The notes beneath the pieces were generated by a model, which searched no databases, was not told the origin of the DNA, and was given only the letters and a program-made list of their open reading frames with translations. Position numbers and translations under genes: made by a program. A DNA stretch of 64,000 nt from Octopus sinensis. Taxonomy: Eukaryota. The stretch is taken from contig NC_043010.1 in NCBI RefSeq assembly GCF_006345805.1, positions 54,064,001 to 54,128,000 on the forward strand. The letters run 5' to 3'. Positions 1-11,379 of the stretch are shown here, in pieces; within the stretch, counting starts at the first letter, position 1, and each line of letters begins with the position of its first letter.

Positions 1-2
1 CT

Positions 3-210
3 GAGGCAGCGAGCTGGCATAGTGGTTAGCACGCTGGACGAAATACATAGCACTATTTCGCCCGTCGTTACGTTCTGAGTTTAAATTCCACCGAGATCGA
101 CATTGCCTTTCATCCTATCGCGATCGATAAATGAAGTATTGGGGTCGATCTAATCGATTGACCCCTCCCCCCAAAATTTCGGGCCTTGCGCTTAGAGTAG
201 AAAAGAAAAG
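3..210 (+). mobile_element. tRNA-derived SINE, family B (Nin/Deu-like core), short-tail variant
   Basis: A-box-like TGGCATAGTGG head, core GCCTTTCATCCT..GATCGATAAA, tail CCCTCCCCCCAAAATTTCGGGCCTTG..AGAGTAGAAAAG; homologous to copies at 229, 9891, 38047, 41885, 59524-60072. Confidence 0.85.
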
Positions 211-228
211 AGTATTAATACACGGACT

Positions 229-442
229 GAGGCGGTAAGCTGGCAGAGTCGTTAGCACCCAGAAAGAAATGCTTAGCGGTATTTCGCCTGTTGCAACGTT
301 CTGAAATAAAATTCTGCCAAGGTTGACTTTGCCTTTCATCCTTTCAGGGTCGATAAATTAAGTACCAGTGAAATTATAGAGTCGATATAATCGAGTAGTC
401 CCCTCCCCCAAAGCTTCGGGCCTTGTGCCTATAAAAGAAAGG
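229..442 (+). mobile_element. SINE family B, short-tail variant (tandem second copy)
   Basis: GGCGGTAAGCTGGCAGAGTCGTTAGC head, GACTTTGCCTTTCATCCTTTCAGGGTCGATAAATTAAGTACC core, same tail as copy 1. Confidence 0.85.
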
Positions 443-490
443 ATTTTTCGCACACAGACTGGTTCAGTTCCATTCCTCTATTATTGATCA

Positions 491-680
491 ATTGGTTAGA
501 TATCCAACTAAATAACCACATGGTTCCGGGTTCAGTCTCGCTGCGTGGCACCTTGAGCAAGTGTCTTCTACTATAGCCTCGGGCTGATCAAAGCTTTGTG
601 AGTGGATTTGGTAGACGGAAACTGAACGAAGCCCGGCGTGTATATGTATACAGATATATGTATGTGTGTGTGTGTGTGTA
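491..680 (+). mobile_element. SINE family A, 5' half
   Basis: AACCACATGGTTCCGGGTTCAGTC..GCGTGGCACCTTGAGCAAGTGTCTTCTACTATAGCCTCGGG..GGTAGACGGAAACTGAA matches the full copies at 8584, 30109, 46290. Confidence 0.85.
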
Positions 681-900
681 AATGTATGCATTGTCAACAG
701 ATGAGATCCAGAGATTCTCGTTATAGAAAATACTGTGTAGCACTAAAGTGATTCCAACTCCTATGTCTTCTCCTCAGAGCAAGTCTGCGGGGTAAAGTGC
801 AGCTATAATATGAATCAAGGTGATAATGCGGCGGCGGTTTGAGCGCTACGATGTGTATCCTATAGCGATAATCTATGTATGTTTGTACATAAATGCTTAC

Positions 901-923
901 ATATATATATATATATATGTAGG

Positions 924-970
<47 letters not shown>

Positions 971-993
971 TATATACATACATACATACATAC

Positions 994-1036
<43 letters not shown>

Positions 1037-1040
1037 TATC
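901..1040. repeat. (TA)n/(TACA)n microsatellite (representative of dozens in the window)
   Basis: direct reading. Confidence 0.95.
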
Positions 1041-1193
1041 CTTTGTTGATCTATATCTAGCGTAAGAGCGTCCGCATAGTGGATTCTCTCTCATAGTTGT
1101 GTATTAATAATATTTACTGAATCTCAGTCTTTTATACGCTAGGCCACTGGTGTTTAAATTGATGTTATTAAATTCATATCCAATTGTTCACCC

Positions 1194-1270
<77 letters not shown>

Positions 1271-2132
1271 GCACACACACACCTACATATATAACGATAT
1301 GCAATAGAAACAATTGTTGTCTTCATAAGGTGACATTTATAATAAAGACATAATTTTCTCTTTGGAAATTCTCTGTTATAGGAATACTCTGAATCACTCG
1401 GAATTCTACAAATGGATATTTGGGATTTACTTACTATGTATAAGCATTTAGCTGGGAAATGGATTCTACTTAGATATGATTGGTGAACATTTCTAACCAA
1501 ATTCTTTTAATACTCAGTGTTTCTTGATATCTGCCAGGATTTCTTAACAGTTGACAATATATTGTCTGTTAACAATACATACGTTGATAGTCTGTGGGAT
1601 GATTCAAATAATTAGTTATAAATATGTCGGTATATCAGCTATCAATATAAAGATTCAGCAAGGAAATATGCATATATATATTTAAATGCACTCTGACAAA
1701 ATAAGATCCACTTATAGTTTCTTGTTTATATATGTATACATACACACAAAACACACAGAGAAACACACAGACACACAGAGACACACTCCGCATATACATA
1801 CATATATATATATATATTGCCACCTCGCCTCGTTATGTCTTAGCTGTTTGTTTTCACTGTCCTGTTACCAACTTTGTTGCCAGCTTTGGCTCTCCGCAAA
1901 TGCCAAATTCCATTTTGCTTTTCGGGAGCAACTGTTTCTCGAAGACACATCTTGTCGTAATTGCTCGCAATCTGGAGTAGATAAAACAACCGACAAATGA
2001 TGAAAGGTAATCCTTTGTGTTACTTGCCTTGTTTTCCATTCAATTGCTTTCGTTGTTCGCCAAAAATATTCGTGTTTCATATTTTCGTATTTCGTATTTC
2101 ATGGTGCTTAATTTTTAGGACATCCTGTACCC

Positions 2133-2164
<32 letters not shown>

Positions 2165-2386
2165 CATATATATATATACATGAAAGTATATACATATGTA
2201 TGTAAATATGCATATATATATATATATATTATTTATATTATATATTTAAATATATACTCTTATACATATATTTATTTATGTAAATGCATGTGTGTTTGTG
2301 TAATATGTGTAATTATAGCAGATATGTGTTCGTACGGGCACACACACTCACGCACACACACACACACATACACACATCTATCTATT

Positions 2387-2423
<37 letters not shown>

Positions 2424-2429
2424 TATATA

Positions 2430-2465
<36 letters not shown>

Positions 2466-2915
2466 CTTAGGTATATATTTACTTATATATATATAGTTTT
2501 ATATATACATATTCCTTATATATATATATATATATATATATATCTTATACATATATACATATACACATACACACGAATCTGTTCAGAAACATAAATACCA
2601 GCATGCATACACTCATACAAAGACATACTCATACATACACACAGGGACACACACACGAACATACACACACACAAACGTACATTATTATGTTCGTGTGTTT
2701 AAATTTTAATTTAGCTCCAACAGCAATAAATCTGCAATTCTCCGTTGATGACGTACCGTAATTACCAACTATTACTCTTCACCACACGAATTCAGTGGAG
2801 AAAATTAAAATTGGGAATACAAACAAAAGTTCATGTATAGGAATCCATGCTTTAGTGAAAATCAATACCTCTATCGCAATATAGTCACGTGATAATTATA
2901 TGAATCATGATAGAA

Positions 2916-2967
2916 ATAGTAATAATAATAATAATGGCGATGATGACGATGATGATGATAATAATAA

Positions 2968-3003
<36 letters not shown>

Positions 3004-3019
3004 AATAACAACAACAACG

Positions 3020-3057
<38 letters not shown>

Positions 3058-3103
3058 TAGGATAACAACAACAATAATAATAATAATAACAATAATAATG
3101 ATG

Positions 3104-3145
<42 letters not shown>

Positions 3146-3308
3146 TTAACAATAATAATAATAACAATAATAATAATAATAATAACAATAATAATGATGA
3201 GAATAATAATCATGATAATGATGAGAATAATAATAATAATGATAATAATAATAATAACAATAATAATAATAATAATAATAATAACAATAATAATGATGAT
3301 AATAATAA

Positions 3309-3351
<43 letters not shown>

Positions 3352-3431
3352 GAATAATAATGAGAATAATAATCATAATAATGATGAGAATAATAATAAT
3401 AATAATAATAATAATGATGATAATAATGATA

Positions 3432-3496
<65 letters not shown>

Positions 3497-3510
3497 TAAT
3501 AATAATGATA
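2916..3510. repeat. long compound (AAT)n microsatellite with GAT/AAC/GAG interruptions
   Basis: direct reading; source of poly-Ile/Asn/Tyr/Leu pseudo-ORFs. Confidence 0.95.
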
Positions 3511-3967
3511 TCAGCTTATCTACCACCAGTGTGTATGGACAATTTAAAATTAATACACTGATTTCAATATATATATATATAATATTATATATATATATAT
3601 ATATATTACATTGTTATTACATTTCGGTTCCTGAATAGAAGACATGAGGTTGAATTAGAGGAAAATAATTAATTTTTATTTATTTCTTTCATTTTATTTC
3701 AGCATCTTTATTGCTGGCGCCAAAAATAGGATCCTTTTCTGATAAGTAATTCGATCTACATGTATAAATACACATATGCGTGTACCCATACATACGTACG
3801 TGCATATTTATAGGTGGATGTGTGGATATATGTGCGTAGCTCTATATACATATATACATAATACATACATATATATAACACATACATACACACACACAAA
3901 CACACACACACACAAACACACAAACACACACTCACACACATATATATACTCTTCTTTCCATCCATCC

Positions 3968-4021
<54 letters not shown>

Positions 4022-4080
4022 TTATTCATTTATATAGTTATATCTTTCTCACTCTCTCTCTAATATATACATATATATAT

Positions 4081-4417
4081 AAAGGGTAAAGACCCCCTTC
4101 GGTCATGAATGACCATGGGATTGCACCTAGAAAGTTACCCTCCTAGACACAAGTCCGGGCAATGTTGTTTATGGAAGACCAGCAGTCGCCCATGCATACC
4201 AGCCTCCCCCCTCCACGCCACCAGTGTTGTCCAAGGGAAAGACAAAGGTCGATACAGCTTGGCATCAGTGACGTCGCAACTGATTTCTACAGCTGAGTGA
4301 ACTGGAGCAACGTGAAATAAAGTGCCTTGCTCAAGAACACAACACGCAGCCCGGTCCGGGATTCGAGATCACAACCTCACGATCGTAAGCTCGACGCTCT
4401 AACCACTGAGACATGCG

Positions 4418-4420
<3 letters not shown>
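4081..4420 (-). mobile_element. tRNA-derived SINE, family D (CORE/V-like central domain)
   Basis: minus strand reads AGGCGCATGTCTCAGTGGTTAGAGCG..GATCTCGAATCCCGG head, then TTCTTGAGCAAGGCACTTTATTTCACGTTGCTCCAGTTCACTCAGCTG; homologous to 8250-8495 and 29177-29440. Confidence 0.85.
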
Positions 4421-4454
<34 letters not shown>

Positions 4455-4622
4455 CTAGCCACTATATAATCTTTTTTGCTCTCTCCTGTTTCTTTCTGTG
4501 TTCCTTTTGTGGAAAGCGTAGGCTCAAAATGTTAACGACTTTTACTTCTCGAGCGTTAAATAATACATTGTTGTTGTCTACACCACTGTCTTCATCTTTT
4601 GTCTTTTTTTGTGAATTTTCCC

Positions 4623-4674
<52 letters not shown>

Positions 4675-5304
4675 ATGTGTATACAAACAACACACAACAT
4701 ATAATATACCTACATATATCATGTTTTCGTAGAATGCATACACGTAGTGGCATTTGGTGCATTATGAGTTGTTTTGTAGCACTGCACTTTAATGCTGGGC
4801 ACACAAGAGTGCTTATAATATATTAAGTAGAATAAGTCGAATTGTAACAAGCGACATAACTGAATAACAAATGGCTTACTTCACGGGAAATTTGTTATTA
4901 AATATTCATTTCCGAAGATAAAAATAATTGACTTGCGGTACTCATATATCGTAAAGTATATATAACCTATGTGTGGACTGAGAATTCTCCATGAAATGTC
5001 ACACTCTCAATTTATGATGAAGTGTACGTTGGATGTGATGTGTCCTACATCATTTATCATAATGTGTTACCTTGCCAGCTTCCTTTAAGTTCAGAATAGA
5101 ATATCATCTATTTCTTCATTCAAAGTTTGGTGAAATTCATTCTTTGGCGCATGCTACTATCTAATTTTATCGTTTATTCACCTATATCAATATATGTGAC
5201 TATGTGGAAATTTCATAAATACGTCAAGATCAAAATTGAATTTTATTTTGAAAGGAACAATAGAAAATGTACCGTTTAAATGATTTAGTGTTTATACTGG
5301 TGCT

Positions 5305-5400
5305 TGCGAACTCTGTGTTTAACGCGGAGCGAAATGGTACACGGAAGCTGTTTTGGCGACGGTACGTTTTAGCAACCGATTCAAATGCGCGCGTTACGGA
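5305..5400. promoter_or_regulatory. CpG-rich promoter-like patch (candidate)
   Basis: about 13 CpGs in ~95 bp in an AT-rich background; CGGAAG (ETS-like), TTAGCAACC (RFX half-site-like), GCGCGCG next to TTCAAA (CDE/CHR-like on minus); TGACGTCA at 5652-5659. Confidence 0.3.
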
Positions 5401-6863
5401 GCAGAGAAATGCACACATACAGATAGAGCAATTGAGAGAGGTAGAAGGAGAGAAAGAGAGAGAGAGGCAAGGAGCGATGGAGGGAGAGAAAGGAGAGGGA
5501 AGAAAGGAGAGTGAAGAGGAAGATTATCAAAATTTATTTGCTGAACACGATTGACATAAGTACTTTTTCTCTCCTCAAAGAAGGAAATGAAAATATGTTC
5601 ACTTATACACAAACATAGACAGGGGAAGAATGAGAGAAACATTAGAAAGTCTGACGTCAAGGAAGTCAACGCCATCTCAACGATTCTAAATATGCAGCGC
5701 CACAAGAGCCACGCCCAAACATCTCATGTCCATCAATTGAGTTATTCATATATCGAAATTAATTTACGGGTAATTTTTTTTTTAATACAAAACTGTATTA
5801 ATACCAAACTATGAATCAGAGTTATAACAAAACGAGCAATATGCAGGAAAATAAACTGCTAAAATAAATCGATTTCTAACGGTTATAAAAATGTCAGTTT
5901 TGTAGCTCTATTTTTTCAGGTACCTGTAGTACATGGGTCCATTATATTAAGTTGTCAAAACCGAGATTCATTTTAAGTATATTCAATTTACTTCTGAAAC
6001 GATTATACTGCATATAATGACACATATGAAAAGATTTCCTTAAAAGCATATTAGCGAATTTCATTATGCAAAATATAGAAAAATAAACAGCATAGCTTTC
6101 ATTCCCACAGGAAACTGAGAAATTGACAATCAATTATGTGAATAGCTTTAAAATTAGCACGTTTTGATTCGCTGCTAAAAAAAGTAAAGCCTTCTTTGTT
6201 TCAGTATGAAATATGTCCTTTAAGATAGATTTCATTAAATTATATTATTTGTATGTTGTAATAGCGCAGTAAACGTTTTCTTCATGAGATAATCACATAT
6301 GGTACGGACTTTGAAATGACAAGGAACAGAATAAAAATTAGAAAAAAAAAAGGAGTATTTAAGCATCTCACTTTAAACCAAATTGTTTCCGTTTATATAT
6401 TTTATAAAACTCTTGTTTATGAATACAATTATTGTAATAGTTGTCTCAGAAAAGCCAACGCGAAGATATGCGTGTGTATGTATGCAGGGGGACATTTTAT
6501 TACAAGGAATTCTCAATATATCGCTATAAAAATATGGCTGTCCACATATCTTTGCTTTTACCAACTTCCATGCATCAATACAGATATACAATTAAATATG
6601 TATATGTATATATATATATACAGAGTTATATACACGTACACACTAACAGACACACGCATATATAATACCAAACATCCAAACATAACAGGTGATATAATTA
6701 ATCGTTTCACTTTATTCTCCGCTAAACTATTGAATAAGAAGTTATGTAAATTGTATTGTTCATATCTGATCTGTCTCATCTTTGCACGCGCACACATATA
6801 TTAGCACAGACACATATTTCGTACATAAACAGACAGATATATATCTATATTTATATCTAGCTG

Positions 6864-6984
<121 letters not shown>

Positions 6985-7009
6985 TTCTCTCTCTCTCCTC
7001 TCTCTCTCT

Positions 7010-7041
<32 letters not shown>

Positions 7042-7766
7042 CACATATATATCAGTTAAAAAATACGGAAATCGATTTAATCAAGAATAAATTTCCTTGG
7101 ATTTAATTGTGTAGGGGGCGTAACCACTTCATCAGTGTAAGCAACATCTCAGAATGTTTTCGCTCACTCGTCATAGATATTCAAAATTCAAGAATGATGA
7201 AATCTATACCAAACGATTATACGAAACCCAGAGACGATATAATATCAAGAAATATTAAATGATGTATGTATAATGGAATCAGAAGCACATTTAGTAGCGG
7301 TGGTATAACCGCGAATCTCTCGTCAGCTGTTTATCATATGAATTTGATAATTATAGGAAGCCATAAGGCTGTCGAAGACAAACTAGAAATAACGTACTGA
7401 GATTTCTTAAGCTGTCGTATATTCCTATCTTCTAGAAATTACATATGTTAATTAATACTTTTAATTAGTCTTTGTTTGATAAACAACAAATGTTAACAAT
7501 CAATACTGACGCTTTATCTGTTTCAGTTCTACACACTTTGCATTTGTGTTATAATGAGATTTTCATAAGTTCATGCTCTTATTTAATAACTATAGACAAC
7601 TTCAGTGACTGATGTAAGCCTCTATTTGATAGCAGTTTGTTTAATATATATATTATGTATAATACAGCTTTTGCACAACGACAAATATTTGTGCTCACAA
7701 CATTATGACCTAAGAACCGTGATGAAGTTTGGAACGTTCTTGTTTATATGATATTCTAAACAAATG

Positions 7767-8160
7767 TTTATATATAAAAGTGAAGTTGTGTGTCTGTCTC
7801 CTACGACTTAGATTCCTAACTACTCCCACATTTTGTGGTGCAGTTTAACCAAAACCGGGTATCTTATAGTCGTGATTCATATCGAGCCCTTCTGGGTATT
7901 AGCGCGTGTCTACGATGAGTCTACGATTTAAAAAAATTTACCATCATTTTTTTTCCCTTTTAATGCATTTTTCGCTATTATATAAGGGAAGTAACTCTCT
8001 AAAAATGTCTACGATGAGTCAACGATTAAAAAAAAAAAATTACCATAATTTTTTTCCACTTTTAATGCATTTTTTGCTATTTTTTGACTATAACTCTCTA
8101 AAAATGCTTATATAGTTATTTCCCTTACAAACCCGAGCAACGGCGGGTGATACTGCTAGT
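7767..8160 (+). mobile_element. non-autonomous Helitron-like element
   Basis: 3' end ACCCG-AGCAACGG-CGGGT hairpin (8131-8148) followed by CTAG|T (8156-8160); 5' end TATATATAAAAGTGAAG; internal ~100-bp tandem duplication. Confidence 0.7.
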
Positions 8161-8249
8161 ATATATATAAACGTGCTGTGTTTCTGCGCACATCAACATC
8201 TAAGTATCTACAAAGGTATAGACAAATAAACAGAACCCTCAAGGAAAAC

Positions 8250-8495
8250 AAAAAAGTGAAAGGTTCACAGGTCGTCCCGGACCGATAGGTTCGTAAGTGC
8301 TGGATTCTGTGTCATATTGGACGAGATACTGAACCGTCCTAGGATTACTCATTCTTGTGACAGCTTAGCGGACAGGACCAATATGAAATAAAGTGTTTCG
8401 GTCATGAACCCAAAATATGATCCGACTTAGGAATCGAAACCGCAATCCTACGATTGATTGCGTGACCCTCTAACCACTAACTGATGCGCTTCCAC
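8250..8495 (-). mobile_element. SINE family D, diverged
   Basis: tRNA-like head on minus (TGTGGAAGCGCATCAGTTAGTGGTTAG..GGTTTCGATTCC) and ACACTTTATTTCA core like 4081-4420. Confidence 0.7.
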
Positions 8496-8583
8496 AATGG
8501 ATTCACACTTAAATATACGTGTGTTTGTTCGTGAGTGTGAGCGTGTGTATACATGCATGTTATGTATGTTTGTATGAATATAT

Positions 8584-8983
8584 AGGCGCAGGAGTGGCTG
8601 TGTGGTAAGTAGCTTGTTTACCAACCACATAGTTCCGGGTTCAGTCCCACTGCGTGGCACCTAGGGCAAGTGTCTTCTACTATAGCCTCGGGCTGACCAA
8701 AGCCTTGTGAGTGGATTTGGTAGACGGAAACTGAAAGAAGCCAGTCGTATATATGTATATATATATGTATGCGCGTGTATGTTCGTGTGTCTGTGTTTGT
8801 CCCCCTAGCATTGCTTGACAACCGATGCAGGTGTGTTTACGTCCCCGTAACTTAGCGGTTCGGCAAAAGAGACCGATAGAATCAGTACTGGGCTTACGAA
8901 GAATAAGTCCCGGGGTCGATTTGCTCGACTAAAGGCGGTGCTCCGGCATGGCCGCAGTCAAATGACTGAAACAAGTAAAAGAG
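8584..8983 (+). mobile_element. SINE family A, full length
   Basis: GGCGCAGGAGTGGCTGTGTGGTAAG head, internal (TA)/(TG) tract, GTTTACGTCCCCGTAACTTAGCGGTTCGGC domain, tail GGCGGTGCTCCGGCATGGCCGCAGTCAAATGACTGAAACAAGTAAAAGAG. Confidence 0.9.
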
Positions 8984-9667
8984 ATATGTATCTCTCTCAC
9001 TCTATATGTATAATATCTATGTATATTATATGTAACTCATGGTATATTTATAAACAGGGCAAATTTTAGCCAGTTCTGCGCAGACTGAAAGAAATGACGA
9101 ACATCCTTAATAGCTTAGATCAGAGGCGTCTACATCATTCTGACAGTCTCCAGAGAAACACGCTTCCAAACTGTTTATATACTCAACTAATGCAGCAGTT
9201 ACATTATGAAGGAGACTCTAATTTGCATACCGAAAGTGTTTAACATTATAATTACCAGTGGCCTGTCAACGAGGAGCTTAGTCCACATGGTATGAAGGTT
9301 TAGTATAATATATAAGTAACACACACACACACACACACACCACACACACACACACATATATATATATATAATATATATATATATATATAATATATATATA
9401 TATATTTGAGTAGTTGAATGAATTATCTTGTTATGGATAATTCGGTTAACCGATACCTGGGTAGCAAATTCACATCACTATGGGCTCCGTGTGAGCAGTT
9501 TTTTTGTGCATCTTGATGTTGACATAAGTTCCTTGCTTTTCCTGATGAGAAAGCGGCATAATATACTCCTTATTCCTTCGCAATTAGGAAAATGCAGCCT
9601 TCGAAACATATGTCGAAAATAAAGGAAATTTGTTAATTCGTCGTTCAACTCCATTCTTTCATATATT

Positions 9668-9752
<85 letters not shown>

Positions 9753-9890
9753 GTGACAAAGTGAAGAAGGATCTCATCGATATGGAACCGAGTTACGTGG
9801 AGGTATGTTACAGTAATGTGTTGTTATATTTGTGTGTGTGAGAGTGTGTGTGTGTGTGTGTTTGTGAGTGTGTGTGTGTGTGTGAATACC

Positions 9891-10116
9891 TATTTCTTTA
9901 TTACCCACAAGGGGCTAAACATAGAAGGGACAAACAAGGACAAACATAGGTATTAAATCGATTACATCGACCCCAGTGCGTAACTGGTACTTAATTTATC
10001 GACCCCGAAAGGATGAAAGGTAAAGTCGACCTCGGTGGAATTTGAACTCACAACGTAACGGCAGACGAAATACCGCTAAGCATTTCGCCCGATGTGCTAA
10101 CGTTTTCTTCCAGCTC
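9891..10116 (-). mobile_element. SINE family B, long-tail variant, with 14-bp TSD
   Basis: homology to family B; flanked by TGTGTGTGAATACC at 9877-9890 and 10117-10130. Confidence 0.9.
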
Positions 10117-10174
10117 TGTGTGTGAATACCGTCGTCAAACAAATCATACAGGGGACATGTGGTTCTCTAAAAGG

Positions 10175-10219
10175 ATTGTATTGGCATCCTTTCTCTCTCG
10201 GGAGACAATGGAGTTGCGC
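10175..10219 (-). mobile_element. RTE LINE extreme 3' tail fragment (45 bp)
   Basis: reverse complement matches 21222-21266 at 43/45 nt. Confidence 0.8.
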
Positions 10220-10918
10220 TTTTTTTTTTTTTTTTTTTTACCTTATTGCATCGGCATTTATCCCCGCTGGTTGGAGCAACCGGAACTTAAGGGACGCTTA
10301 GTCATTTCGGAATGAACGTGCGAAATTCAAGCAGTGGCATTCTTATGTACGGAATAAAGAGAAACATAATTACAATATAATAGCCTATTTTTACCAAGAC
10401 ACGTACAAACTGAAGAAGTATGTCACCAATCTAAGATATGAACAAATTTCTATATGCGCATCAGATAGAGTTATTCTTTTTTTTACCCCATTTGCCTCCG
10501 TGCAATGACGTTGTATCTAGTAATTATTCATACGAGGGTTTGAAATTAACCGGAAATATATACTGATCGATTAATAGCTGTCTGGAAGTTTCATAACCGA
10601 TTATTAACTAGCTAATCGTTTTGTATTACGAAACTAATAATTATATGTCGTAAAGGAAGATAAAAGAAAAAGAAAACTTACATTTCAATACTTTTCTCTC
10701 TGGAAAAGAAAACGTATTTATGATTTTGTTTTGGAAATAACTATGTATACATCAACGAAGAAGATGTTCGTCAGTTGAACAAAACAGGAAATATTCTGTT
10801 GAATAATTTAGCTACTCAAAAGTTTCAGTTACCGCCTACCTTTCTAAAGACTTCAGTGTACGATGCAATGGTGTCTGTTTATAAATATCTATGGGGCAAG
10901 AGAAGCAGAGGTACCCCA

Positions 10919-10971
<53 letters not shown>

Positions 10972-11059
10972 TATATACCTATATATTTATACATGTATGT
11001 GTTTATACATATATATGTGTGTATATATGTATATACATATATATATATACATGCATACA

Positions 11060-11095
<36 letters not shown>

Positions 11096-11099
11096 TATA

Positions 11100-11161
<62 letters not shown>

Positions 11162-11379
11162 GGCATGTATGTATCATTAAGGCATATATTTCTGTCGAAT
11201 TGCCACGAAAGCAATAAGAGCGACAACTCATGAATGAATGTTTCTTGTTTCACTTTGCTTGTCGATGTAATTATAAAACGATGCTAATAAAATGATATAT
11301 TTCCTTCCAATGAAAAATGCTTCGATATCGTAAATAGTGTTAATAAAAGTACAGACAATTATTTTATTGCATAATTGTG

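Noticed and set aside
1382-1482. AG..GT-bounded open frame EYSESLGILQMDIWDLLTMYKHLAGKWILLRYD
   Set aside because: No recognisable homology or partner exons; weak donor; expected by chance in 64 kb
6316-6804. 162-aa ORF
   Set aside because: Low-complexity AT-rich composition, partly microsatellite, no domain motif
9542-9552. CTGATGAGAAA hammerhead-like words
   Set aside because: No stem II between CUGAUGA and GAAA, and no flanking stems
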